Shown here in pieces: positions 9,649 to 20,828 of a DNA stretch of 64,000 nt. Made by a program: the position numbers and the translations under genes. The notes below the pieces were generated by a model that was not told the origin of the DNA, did no database searches, and was given only the letters and a program-made list of their open reading frames with translations. Source of the DNA: an uncultured Polaribacter sp. (GTDB lineage: Bacteria; Bacteroidota; Bacteroidia; Flavobacteriales; Flavobacteriaceae); assembly GCA_947497755.1 (NCBI GenBank), contig CANMHT010000004.1:209589-273588 (forward strand). The letters are read 5' to 3'. Every line of letters begins with the position of its first letter. Position 1 is the stretch's first letter.

Positions 9649-11355
9649 ATGACGCTGCAACCTACCCGATTATTTGATTTTATTTATTACCAACAACAGT
9701 TTTTTTCACAAGAAAAATGCTACAACTATAAAAAAAATGAAAAGTGGGAATCTATTAGTACCAAGAACTTTATCAAACTATCTAATCAAGTAAGTAGAGC
9801 TTTATTAGCATTGGGACTTCAAAAGAACGATAAAGTGGCAGTTATCAGTACAACGAATAGATACGAATGGCACGCATTAGATATTGGATTACTACAGATT
9901 GGTGTACAAAATATACCATTATACCCTACTCTTTCTGAAAATGACTATGCTTATATTTTAAATCATTCTGATGCAAAATATTGTTTTGTTTCTGATCAAG
10001 AATTATTAAATAAAGTTAAAGCTGTAGAAAGTAAAACACAATTAAAAGGTGTGTATACTTTTGATGAGATTGATGAGGAAACCAACTGGAATACATTTTT
10101 AAATCTTGGTAAACCTGAAGAAAATCAATCAAAAGTAAATGAACTTAAAGAAGCTGTTAGTGAGGATGATTTAGCAACTATTATTTATACTTCTGGAACA
10201 ACAGGTACTCCAAAAGGTGTTATGTTATCTCATAAAAACATTGTGCAAAACACTTTAGTTAGTGCAGCTGCTTTAGATTTAACAGGTAATAATTACAGAG
10301 TAGTTTCCTATTTACCTATCAACCATATTTTTGAACGCTTTGCTTCTTACTATTACCATTTTATGGGTTTTGAAGTATACTTTGCTGAATCTATAGAAAA
10401 ACTGGGTGAGAATTTAAAAGAGATTCAACCCCATTTTATGCCTGTTGTACCTCGACTATTAGAAAAAGTATTTGATAAAATTATTGCCAAAGGAAATGAA
10501 TTAACCGGACTCAAAAAAGGCTTATTCTTTTGGGCTGTTCAATTAGGTGAAAATTACAAACCATACAATCAAAATAGTATTGGATATCGTTTGCAATTAA
10601 AATTTATGGTTTCTGGTAGTGCTCCATTACAAGAACGACTAATTCGAATTTTTACAGCAGCCGGAATGCCAATTTATGAAGGCTATGGTATGACAGAAAC
10701 TTCTCCTGGTGTTTCTATAAATGACTTAAGAAATAATGGTTTAAAAGTAGGCACTGTTGGTAAACCTTTAAAAGATATTGATGTAAAAATTGCTGATGAC
10801 GGAGAAATCTTAGTGAAAGGTAGTAACGTAATGTTAGGTTATTATAAAGACGAAGCACTGACTCAAAAAACAATCATTGATGGGTATTTACATACAGGAG
10901 ATATTGGTATGATAGATAAAGATGGTTTTCTAAAAATTACCGACCGTAAAAAAGAAATCTTTAAAACTTCTGGAGGAAAATATATTGCACCTGCTGTCTT
11001 AGAAAGTGAATTAAAACAATCTCGATTTATAGAGCAAGTAATGGTTATTGGCGAAAGTGAAAAAATGCCAGCCGCAATCATTCAGGTAAATTTTGATTTT
11101 GTACATGAATGGGCAAAAAGGCACGATCATATTATCAAAGATGTAACAAGTGACTTAAAACTAATCTTTAGAGTTCAAAAGGAGATTGATGTTTACAATC
11201 GCAATTTTGGGAGTTGGGAACAAATAAAAAAGTTTGAAATTACTCCAGACGAATGGACAATTGATGCTGGACATTTAACTCCGACTATGAAAATGAGACG
11301 AAAAGTTATTAAAGAAAAGTACCAAGATTTGTTTTACAAAATCTATAACTCCTAG
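9649..11355 (+). CDS. Long-chain fatty-acid-CoA ligase, paralog 1, with a ~19-aa in-frame deletion
   Basis: IYTSGTTGTPKG AMP-binding loop, YEGYGMTET, HTGDIG; likely ATG at 9649. Confidence 0.9.
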   Translation: MTLQPTRLFDFIYYQQQFFSQEKCYNYKKNEKWESISTKNFIKLSNQVSRALLALGLQKNDKVAVISTTNRYEWHALDIGLLQIGVQNIPLYPTLSENDYAYILNHSDAKYCFVSDQELLNKVKAVESKTQLKGVYTFDEIDEETNWNTFLNLGKPEENQSKVNELKEAVSEDDLATIIYTSGTTGTPKGVMLSHKNIVQNTLVSAAALDLTGNNYRVVSYLPINHIFERFASYYYHFMGFEVYFAESIEKLGENLKEIQPHFMPVVPRLLEKVFDKIIAKGNELTGLKKGLFFWAVQLGENYKPYNQNSIGYRLQLKFMVSGSAPLQERLIRIFTAAGMPIYEGYGMTETSPGVSINDLRNNGLKVGTVGKPLKDIDVKIADDGEILVKGSNVMLGYYKDEALTQKTIIDGYLHTGDIGMIDKDGFLKITDRKKEIFKTSGGKYIAPAVLESELKQSRFIEQVMVIGESEKMPAAIIQVNFDFVHEWAKRHDHIIKDVTSDLKLIFRVQKEIDVYNRNFGSWEQIKKFEITPDEWTIDAGHLTPTMKMRRKVIKEKYQDLFYKIYNS

Positions 11356-11429
11356 TATTTTAAGTACTTAAATCTTACTTGCAAAATCAACTGATTTTTT
11401 ATACTTTGCATGTCTTCAAATAAATTTTT

Positions 11430-13202
<1,773 letters not shown>

Positions 13203-13229
13203 ATCGTGATATAAAAATAAATACAACTC

Positions 13230-13254
13230 AAAGCTCCTATTTTAGGGGCTTTTA
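13230..13254 (+). terminator. Intrinsic terminator
   Basis: aaagctccta/taggggcttt hairpin followed by T residues. Confidence 0.75.
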
Positions 13255-13283
13255 TTGTTTTTTTGAAAAAAATATTTTTAGAA

Positions 13284-13311
13284 TGTAACCTTTTAAATAT
13301 TCTCTGGTCTT
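13284..13311 (+). promoter_or_regulatory. ECF-sigma autoregulatory promoter TGTAAC-N16-GGTCTT
   Basis: Directly upstream of the ECF sigma gene; matches the TGTAAC...GTCT ECF promoter type. Confidence 0.7.
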
Positions 13312-13340
13312 CAATATAACTAACAAACAAAAACGTCAGC

Positions 13341-13874
13341 TTGAAACAACTAACAGACGAAGAATTAATGCATAAGGTAGCCTCTGGTAATTTAGATGCA
13401 ATGCGGTATATTTTTGACCGATATCATGTGCGTATTTATAATTTCTATTATCAAATGATAAAGGACGTTGCTGTTTGTGAAGATTTGACACAGAATGTTT
13501 TTTTAAAAGCAATTAAATATAAACATTCATACAAAGGAGGGAAATTTGTCTCTTGGATTTTTAAGATTGCACGTAATTTGTTTTACGATCATTATCAAGA
13601 ACAAAAAAAGACACAATCCTTTGAAGATATAGATGAAGTTACAAGTTCTATAGATGATTCATCCATAGAAAAACAAGAAGAAGTAAATCATCTAATGAGG
13701 GTCTTAAATAGTTTAAACGAAAAAGACAAAGAACTCATTGTAATGAATCGAATAGACGGAATTAAATACGAGCAAATTGCCGAAATTATAGGTAGTAATA
13801 CCATAGCCGTTAAAACAAGAATTCATCGAATAGTAAAGAAGTTAAGAACCAATTATTTTGAAACATTAGCCTAA
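13341..13874 (+). CDS. ECF RNA polymerase sigma factor
   Basis: DLTQNVFLK, FVSWIFKIARN (region 2), YEQIAEIIG..VKTRIHR (region 4); TTG start. Confidence 0.95.
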   Translation: MKQLTDEELMHKVASGNLDAMRYIFDRYHVRIYNFYYQMIKDVAVCEDLTQNVFLKAIKYKHSYKGGKFVSWIFKIARNLFYDHYQEQKKTQSFEDIDEVTSSIDDSSIEKQEEVNHLMRVLNSLNEKDKELIVMNRIDGIKYEQIAEIIGSNTIAVKTRIHRIVKKLRTNYFETLA

Positions 13875-14668
13875 TGAATTGTAACGTAGTAGAAAATAAA
13901 CTGGTAGATTATATAGATGGTCTTTTAACTGAGAAAGAAACCATCAACATAAAAGAACACATTGCTTCTTGTGAAAGTTGTAAAAAAGCATATACAGAAA
14001 CTGTTGCTCTATTAAGTGCTTTTTCTCATCAGCCTGTAGCTCAACCATCAGAAGACTTGAAAGATACTTTTGAGCTCTTGTTAACACAAGAAAAATTAGC
14101 GCAATCTAAAGTTGTACAATTACAACCTAAGAAAAATAAGTCCTACAAAAGTATGTTACAAATTGCTGCTAGTATTGCCCTTTTATTTACTGGATATTTA
14201 ATTGGAGGTTACCAAGAAAGTAGGCAAACAGAAATACAATTAGCTAAGCATCAAAAAGAACAACAAGAAATAAAAGAAAATATGATGCTAGCGATGATAG
14301 ATAATACATCGCCAAGCACACGAATTAAAGCAGTAAATTATTCAGAACAACTCACAAGTCCTGATATCAAAATTTTAGAAGCATTAATTGATAGAATGAA
14401 ACGTGATTCTAACAGTAATGTACGCTTATCTGCAGTAGAAGCGCTCTCTAAATTTATTGACTCAGAACTTGTAAAAACCGCTCTAATAGAAGTTTTAGCC
14501 ATAGAGAAAAATCCAAGTATTCAGATTGAAGTAATACAAATACTGGTACAAATTCAGGAAAAAAGAGCTCTTGAGCCAATACAAAAAATATTGGATCAAC
14601 CTGAAATACCAGACTATTTGAAAACTCAAGCAAGTATTGGAATTTCAAAATTAACAACAAGTATTTAG
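13874..14668 (+). CDS. Anti-sigma factor (zinc-binding HxxxCxxC, TM segment, HEAT repeats)
   Basis: HIASCESC motif; TM helix; RLSAVEAL HEAT-like repeats; coupled to the sigma gene. Confidence 0.85.
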   Translation: MNCNVVENKLVDYIDGLLTEKETINIKEHIASCESCKKAYTETVALLSAFSHQPVAQPSEDLKDTFELLLTQEKLAQSKVVQLQPKKNKSYKSMLQIAASIALLFTGYLIGGYQESRQTEIQLAKHQKEQQEIKENMMLAMIDNTSPSTRIKAVNYSEQLTSPDIKILEALIDRMKRDSNSNVRLSAVEALSKFIDSELVKTALIEVLAIEKNPSIQIEVIQILVQIQEKRALEPIQKILDQPEIPDYLKTQASIGISKLTTSI

Positions 14669-14681
14669 AAAAAATAAAACC

Positions 14682-15455
14682 ATGAAAACATTAAAATTAA
14701 CCTTCGTTCTTTGCTTATGCATTCTTAGCGCACAAGCTCAAAAAGCATACAAACACTCACTTGCTGGTATTAAACTGGTAAAAATATACACCAATACTAC
14801 TGTAAATTTAAGTGTAGGAAACACCAACGAATTACAAATTAGAAGTAATAAAGGAAATAATTCTAATAAGAATAGAAATGATAAAGCCAAAGGTTTAAAA
14901 GCATTGTACGCTGATGGCAGTGATAATACAGGAATGGGTATTGAAATAACCAAAGATGGAAGTACATTAATTGTAAAAGATTTAGAATCTTTCATGAAAC
15001 GTAGCGGATTTAAAATGAAAGTTGCTAAAAATGTACAAGTCTATTTAAACTGTGGTAATTTAGGAGGTGCAAAAATTAATGGTATTACCTCAGAAATTGA
15101 AGTAAAAACAAATACTGGTGATATAGATTTAGTAAACATTACTGGACCTGCAACTGCTCGTACAAACACAGGAAATGTAAACGTAAAATTTTCATCAGTT
15201 AACCAATCTAATCCAATTTCCTTAAGTACAGCTACCGGAGACATTGATGTTAGTTTACCTAGTAGTACCAAAGCTAATCTGTCTTTAAAATCTACCTTAG
15301 GTAGTGTGTATACCGACTTTGATATAAAAGTGAAGAAAAGTAAAGGATTAAGTCCGATTGGAAACCCAAGAAAAATCAACACTAAAATTAATAATGGTGG
15401 CGTATTGATCTCATTAAAATCTTCTACTGGAAATATTTACTTAAGAAAAAAATAA
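14682..15455 (+). CDS. DUF4097-family beta-strand repeat protein
   Basis: Signal peptide; repeated (T/N)TGD(I/V)..V units; C-terminal LKSSTGNIYLRK. Confidence 0.8.
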   Translation: MKTLKLTFVLCLCILSAQAQKAYKHSLAGIKLVKIYTNTTVNLSVGNTNELQIRSNKGNNSNKNRNDKAKGLKALYADGSDNTGMGIEITKDGSTLIVKDLESFMKRSGFKMKVAKNVQVYLNCGNLGGAKINGITSEIEVKTNTGDIDLVNITGPATARTNTGNVNVKFSSVNQSNPISLSTATGDIDVSLPSSTKANLSLKSTLGSVYTDFDIKVKKSKGLSPIGNPRKINTKINNGGVLISLKSSTGNIYLRKK

Positions 15456-15543
15456 TTACAAAAACATACAAATTTCTCAATGCTTTGGAAGTCTATAACT
15501 TTCGAAGCTTAGAAGAGAACTGTCTAAAATCAATCTAAATATC

Positions 15544-16230
15544 ATGAAAAAAATCATTCAATTCGCGTTTATTTTACTAGTAAGTATTACTGTAAATGCT
15601 CAACGTAAAGTAGAAAAATCGGTACGAGTTTCTAACAATCAAGAGTTATTTGTTCACTTTAAATTTGCTCAAAAGATTGAAGTGAAACAATGGAATCAAA
15701 ACAAATTTGAAGTAAGAGCCACTGTGAATCTTAATAACGGAGAAGGCAACAAACACTTTAGCCTAAAAACTTCTGAAAGTGATGGTGTAGTAAAAATCTA
15801 TTCTGACTTTGGCGATTATTTTAAAAGAAAAAGAAGTTGGAATAATAACTTCAATACTGAATTAAACTATGTGGTTTATGTACCAAAAAATGCCAACTTA
15901 GAAGTAAAAAGTATTTCTGGTAGTTTACAAGCAGATTCTTTTAATGGTGACTTAACTACCAACTTAATTTCAGGTAATATTACAATTAAAAAATACAATG
16001 GTAAGTTGCATTTAAAAACCATTAGTGGAGATGTAGATGTTGCCGTAAGAAAAGCCAAAATCAATGCAAAAACAGTAACAGGAACTATCTATTCTGATTT
16101 AAATATTGATACAAAATATCACCAAAACAAATCGTATGGAAGTAAAATTAAAGGTACAGTAAATAACGGAGATACACCGTTATATTTATCTACTATATCT
16201 GGAAATATCTATATGCGTAAAGTAAAATAA
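15544..16230 (+). CDS. DUF4097-family beta-strand repeat protein
   Basis: Repeated KTISG(D/N)(V/I) units; C-terminal LSTISGNIYMRK. Confidence 0.8.
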   Translation: MKKIIQFAFILLVSITVNAQRKVEKSVRVSNNQELFVHFKFAQKIEVKQWNQNKFEVRATVNLNNGEGNKHFSLKTSESDGVVKIYSDFGDYFKRKRSWNNNFNTELNYVVYVPKNANLEVKSISGSLQADSFNGDLTTNLISGNITIKKYNGKLHLKTISGDVDVAVRKAKINAKTVTGTIYSDLNIDTKYHQNKSYGSKIKGTVNNGDTPLYLSTISGNIYMRKVK

Positions 16231-16254
16231 CAACTTCATTATATCTATTTTTTT

Positions 16255-16284
16255 AATGGCTATTGACTTTTTTCAATAGCCATT
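16255..16284 (+). terminator. Intrinsic terminator-like hairpin
   Basis: aatggctattga/tcaatagccatt perfect 12-bp stem after the ECF operon. Confidence 0.7.
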
Positions 16285-16338
16285 ATTGTTATGAGGCAAC
16301 CCTATGAAATAAATCAACGTCTACCTAAAAAACATCTT

Positions 16339-17760
16339 ATGAACTTTAAACTATCAACCTTAATAATTGTTGTTTCACTCCTATTCTTTTCATGTAAAAA
16401 AGAAACACAACAATCTAAAGATATTGTACAAGTAGAATATCCAGAAACTTATGAACTGTCAAACATTATTTTGGCACTCACAGAATATGGAAAAAAAGAT
16501 AAGTGGGAAGTAAGACAAAACTTTGATTACTATAACAAAGTACAAGAATACTTTAAGCCATTTAGCAATCATCCATTATTAGATTCTGTTAATTATTCAA
16601 GAAAAAAATGGATGGAGTTATTAAGTTTTCGTTCAGATGCTTATGCATTTTCTTTTGATAAAAACAATCAATTGAAAAGAGATTATGAGTTTTATGCCAA
16701 TCCTGGAGTTGCTCCTTTTGACAAACATTTAGATTTAATTAATGATTTTGTAAAAGTGACAAATTTTAGGTCTTTTTATTCCCAACATAAAGATTATCGT
16801 AACAAGATGCGTAAAACCTATAAGAAAACACAATATTTACCAGAAATGAAAGCTTTTTTAGAAGCAGAGTTTGGAAAACAAATTGCATCGGACAAAGCTT
16901 ATAAAGTTATTCTTTCTCCTTTTGTATATAGAATGAATTGTCATAGAGAAATTGATTCTCTAACTGTTGCTGATTTTATTACAGTGCCAGATTATGTCGT
17001 TTCTGATACCATCGAAGCCAATGCTAAAAATATAGCAACTTCTATTCATAATCTTTTTACAGAAATGGATCATGGATATGTAAATCCAACTACTAAAAAA
17101 ATTGATAGCTTAATTACTCAAAAGTTTGATGAAAATATTTGGAACGATAAAAGCGGTTATGAAAATAGTGGAAATGCTGTTTTTAATGAATACATGACTT
17201 GGGCAGTTTATGATATTTTTCTTCAAAAATATTTTCCAGAATATACTAAACAAGCTGGTTTAAACTGGAGTTTTCAAAACGATAGTAGAGGTTTTCAATA
17301 TGCTCAATTGTTTACACAAAAGCTATTGGAATTGTATAATAACAAAAAACCTAATCAAACAATTGTCGACTTGTATCCTGCTATGTTAGATTGGACTTCG
17401 AGTATTCAATCTCAATTATCTAAACCAACTGTTCTCACTCCAAAAGAGCAAATGAATGTCTCTTTTTCTGATAAGACTCCAATTCGCATTACTTTCTCTG
17501 AAGCAATGAAACCTGTAGAAGAATTTAGCATCATTGTACAAGATACCAACGGTAATCAAACAGTAAAAGAAATCACTGCAAGCAAAAACCAATTAACCTG
17601 GGAGAAAAAAAATACAGAAGTTTCCTTCATACTAGAGTTACCAACTACTCAAAATGAATACTATTTAATTCTAAATTGGTGGAAAACAAAAAGACCTTTA
17701 TACAGTGAAAAAGAAGCATTGCTAAAAAGTGGTACTTACTTTAAAGTTTCTAATAAATAA
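16339..17760 (+). CDS. Lipoprotein with DUF4932-like domain and C-terminal Ig-like extension
   Basis: FFSC lipobox; YELSNIILAL, FTEMDHGYVNP, FNEYMTWA; likely start MNFKL at 16339. Confidence 0.7.
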   Translation: MNFKLSTLIIVVSLLFFSCKKETQQSKDIVQVEYPETYELSNIILALTEYGKKDKWEVRQNFDYYNKVQEYFKPFSNHPLLDSVNYSRKKWMELLSFRSDAYAFSFDKNNQLKRDYEFYANPGVAPFDKHLDLINDFVKVTNFRSFYSQHKDYRNKMRKTYKKTQYLPEMKAFLEAEFGKQIASDKAYKVILSPFVYRMNCHREIDSLTVADFITVPDYVVSDTIEANAKNIATSIHNLFTEMDHGYVNPTTKKIDSLITQKFDENIWNDKSGYENSGNAVFNEYMTWAVYDIFLQKYFPEYTKQAGLNWSFQNDSRGFQYAQLFTQKLLELYNNKKPNQTIVDLYPAMLDWTSSIQSQLSKPTVLTPKEQMNVSFSDKTPIRITFSEAMKPVEEFSIIVQDTNGNQTVKEITASKNQLTWEKKNTEVSFILELPTTQNEYYLILNWWKTKRPLYSEKEALLKSGTYFKVSNK

Positions 17761-17800
17761 GACCATGTAATTTATAGTTTACTATATAAAACCAAGAATA

Positions 17801-17833
17801 AACAAGCAGAAAATAATTTATTTTCTGCTTGTT
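17801..17833. terminator. Bidirectional terminator hairpin
   Basis: aacaagcagaaaat/attttctgcttgtt between convergent genes. Confidence 0.75.
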
Positions 17834-18749
17834 AGTTATACAAGTCCCCATTTAAATATCTTAATCCTGAATCAATAATTACTGTGACCACTTTTTTACC
17901 TGGGCCAATTTCTTTGGCTCTTTGTATAGCAGCCCAAACATTTGCTCCAGAAGTTGTGCCACCAAAAATCCCTTCTTTTTTTGCCAGTTCATTTGCCATA
18001 AAATAAGCATCTTCATCTTTAACAGAAATTACATCATCAATTAAATCATGTCTCAATATTGTTGGTTTAAAAGAAAGTCCAATACCTTCTAATCTGTGTT
18101 TTCCGCTGGTATCTCCACCTGAAATGTTCCTAACATAATAAGGTTCACAGGCAGTAACTCTAAGTGAAGGGTTTGCTTCTTTTAAAATTTCTACATTTCC
18201 AGAAATACATCCACCTGTTCCAGCGACAGCAACAAACTCGTCAATATCAGTTCCTAGTGTTGCTAAAATTTCTTTTCCCATTTCATGATAACCCAATTTA
18301 TTATCCATATTGTGTATCTGATTTGGCCAAAACACATTGGGTTCATGAATTAACTCTTTGGTTCTTGCAATCATTCTATCAATTACATCAGCTGTTAATA
18401 TTCCATTTGCTGCGTGTATTATTTCTACCGTAGCACCAAAAGCTCTCATGGTTTGAAGCTTCTCTTCCGAAAAACCGTTTGAAGAAACAAAATGCGCTTT
18501 ATAACCTTTCATTGCACAAATCATGGCTAATGAACTTCCAGTACTTCCTCCAGTATACTCTACAATTTTTCCTCCAGGTTTAAGTTCTCCTCTACGCTCT
18601 GCTCCTTCTATCATAGAAAGTGCCATACGATCTTTCATACTTCCAGTTGGGTTAGCACCTTCAAATTTCACATAAACATCTGCGCAACTTTCATCAGTAA
18701 GCCTACTCAATTTTAATAATGGGGTTTTTCCTATGTTATTCATGCTCAT
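17832..18749 (-). CDS. PLP-dependent cysteine synthase family protein
   Basis: NPTGSMKDRMA (PLP lysine), GTGG, LEGIG. Confidence 0.9.
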   Translation of the reverse strand: MSMNNIGKTPLLKLSRLTDESCADVYVKFEGANPTGSMKDRMALSMIEGAERRGELKPGGKIVEYTGGSTGSSLAMICAMKGYKAHFVSSNGFSEEKLQTMRAFGATVEIIHAANGILTADVIDRMIARTKELIHEPNVFWPNQIHNMDNKLGYHEMGKEILATLGTDIDEFVAVAGTGGCISGNVEILKEANPSLRVTACEPYYVRNISGGDTSGKHRLEGIGLSFKPTILRHDLIDDVISVKDEDAYFMANELAKKEGIFGGTTSGANVWAAIQRAKEIGPGKKVVTVIIDSGLRYLNGDLYN

Positions 18750-19221
18750 AAATTTTTATTGCTCGTTTATCAAAACTCAATCTAGTATATTCTTGTTCTA
18801 GTTTCTCGAGTGATTCCATAAAGTACTCATTGTTTTTTAGTAATTCTTGCACTGCGAGTTGCCCTGCATTCCATACTTTTTCAAATACTGGCATTTTAAC
18901 TTTAGCCATTTTAGATAGTTCGATCATTTTTTTTCTACTATCATTAGCATTTGCTGTAATCGTTACATAGTTCATTTGTTGCATTTTCTTTATCATTTTT
19001 GTGACAGCAGGTTTTGATAAGTTTAAGGCTTGTGCTAGTTCTAACATAGATACTGCTCCTCTTTCTTTCAAAATTAGCAATACCAAATGCCAACTTGGTT
19101 CAATATCAATATGAACATATTTGTAATATTCTTTAATACTGTAAAAAAGAGATTCGCTTAAGCGTTTAATCCTTGCAGTAACTCCTAAATATTCTAACTC
19201 TCTTAAATAATCTGTATCCAT
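18736..19221 (-). CDS. MarR-family transcriptional regulator
   Basis: wHTH with LAQALNLSKPAVTKMIKKM and DSRKK; overlaps the cysteine synthase start. Confidence 0.9.
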   Translation of the reverse strand: MDTDYLRELEYLGVTARIKRLSESLFYSIKEYYKYVHIDIEPSWHLVLLILKERGAVSMLELAQALNLSKPAVTKMIKKMQQMNYVTITANANDSRKKMIELSKMAKVKMPVFEKVWNAGQLAVQELLKNNEYFMESLEKLEQEYTRLSFDKRAIKIYEHE

Positions 19222-19244
19222 AACTTACTTTTGTTAATCGTTTA

Positions 19245-19277
19245 CAAAGTTATAAAATTTTAGTTAACCAGTTAACT
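19245..19277 (-). promoter_or_regulatory. MarR operon promoter (-7 TAACTTTG) with palindromic operator AGTTAAC-CA-GTTAACT (19262..19277)
   Basis: Bacteroidota -7 consensus at 19245..19252 plus a perfect dyad just upstream. Confidence 0.65.
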
Positions 19278-19522
19278 TTATGTATAAAATTAAGAAATGT
19301 AAACTTTACGTTAAGTTTAAAAACGAAGTTGAGAATATTAAAATAATTACTATATTTGCACAGAATTTAATTACAAGGATTTAATTCTTGTACCCCTTCA
19401 TAATTAAGATAATAGCCCCAATTATCGAACGGTGAATTCCCCTTTAATTCATCATGTTTTACTACCCCAAAACTAAATAAGATATAATACAATGTAAGTT
19501 CGTATTTATATTTTAAAAAATT

Positions 19523-20527
19523 ATGAAAAGAGTCATACTAATGACCTGCTTATTGGTTTGTTCATTATTACATGGACAAATAAAATTCTCGCATGAAAGA
19601 GAAATTAAAGGGAAAGAAAACTACAATCACTATGAATTAGATTTTTTTAACTTCACAGACAAGCTACGCCTATCTGGAACATTAATTAGCCCTAAAAAAG
19701 ATTATACAAAAATTGTAATCATTGTGCCTGGGTCTGGGAAAGATACACGTTATGCACATTATAAATTAGCTACTTCATTTTTAAAAAATAACATTGCTGT
19801 TTATCGTTTTGATGAACGTGGTGTTGGTAAATCTCAAGGAAATTATACTTCTGCAATAGATCGCTTAACAGACGATATTTCTTATTGTATCAAACATCTA
19901 AAATCGTTACCTGCACTTAAAGATAAAGAAATTGGTTTGCTAGGTCATAGTCTTGGTGGTATGGCAGCATCTATTGCTACAAAGAATAGTTTTTCTTCTA
20001 CTACACCTGTAGATTTTCTTATTCAGATTGCATCGCCAGTTAAGAACTTTTCAAATGCATCAAAATACCAATTAAAAACGCTTCCTCAATATCAAATTAA
20101 GAAGAAGACAACCAAAGAAACTGTTGCTTTATTAGATACATTACTTCTAATAACAAATTCAAATAAAAACATAAGTGATATCACTCTAAGAAAAAAAGGA
20201 ATCAAAGCCATTGAAAAGAAAGGTTTTGATTTAAAAGATATCAAATTCTGGAGTTTCACTCATATTTCCCTCTTTAAACAAGACTATGAGGCTATTTATA
20301 AACAGCTTCAGATTCCGACTATTTACCTTATTGGTTCAAAAGATCAATACGTAAACCCTAAAACGGAGATTGGCTTGTTAAAAAAATACAATAACCCCTT
20401 AATAACGGTAAAAGTAATGAACAATTTGAATCATTATTTAACCGCAGGAGCTTTAGATGCAAATGTTATTTATAACATCGATCAAAAAGCTACCGAAACG
20501 ATTATAAACTGGGTACAAAAAATTTAA
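19523..20527 (+). CDS. Secreted alpha/beta-fold hydrolase
   Basis: FDERGVGKSQG, GHSLGG nucleophile, GSKDQYV, LNHYL. Confidence 0.9.
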   Translation: MKRVILMTCLLVCSLLHGQIKFSHEREIKGKENYNHYELDFFNFTDKLRLSGTLISPKKDYTKIVIIVPGSGKDTRYAHYKLATSFLKNNIAVYRFDERGVGKSQGNYTSAIDRLTDDISYCIKHLKSLPALKDKEIGLLGHSLGGMAASIATKNSFSSTTPVDFLIQIASPVKNFSNASKYQLKTLPQYQIKKKTTKETVALLDTLLLITNSNKNISDITLRKKGIKAIEKKGFDLKDIKFWSFTHISLFKQDYEAIYKQLQIPTIYLIGSKDQYVNPKTEIGLLKKYNNPLITVKVMNNLNHYLTAGALDANVIYNIDQKATETIINWVQKI

Positions 20528-20828
20528 ATTTTAGAGATAGAAGTATAGATTTTAAGTACAAATTATAATCCATAGAGACGAACCACCGATCCTCTATAGG
20601 TGGTGTTGCTAGTTTAATCCCTACAGTGTTAGCAATTGTTTTAAGCATCGTTTTTCAGTTTTAAAAATTTTTAAAAGCCCTCAAACTGCAAACTATGATT
20701 TCGATCATTTTTTGCGCTTGAGAATAAAGATGTAACCCCTCCTAAGTGGCATCTGCTTTAACCGGCAGGTGCTTTAGGAAGGACTATAAAAATGAAAAAA
20801 TAATTAGTAATCCTTAAACACAATTAAT

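Noticed and set aside
9001-9660. Antisense ORFs 9001..9216, 9117..9344 and 9262..9660, and the other short opposite-strand ORFs in the track (10863, 12722, 14454, 14738, 15041, 18164, 34230, 37391, 38108, 42509, 45992, 47393, 54378, 55413, 59167, 61512, 62763 etc.)
   Set aside because: They are shadows of well-supported genes on the other strand and have no recognisable motifs
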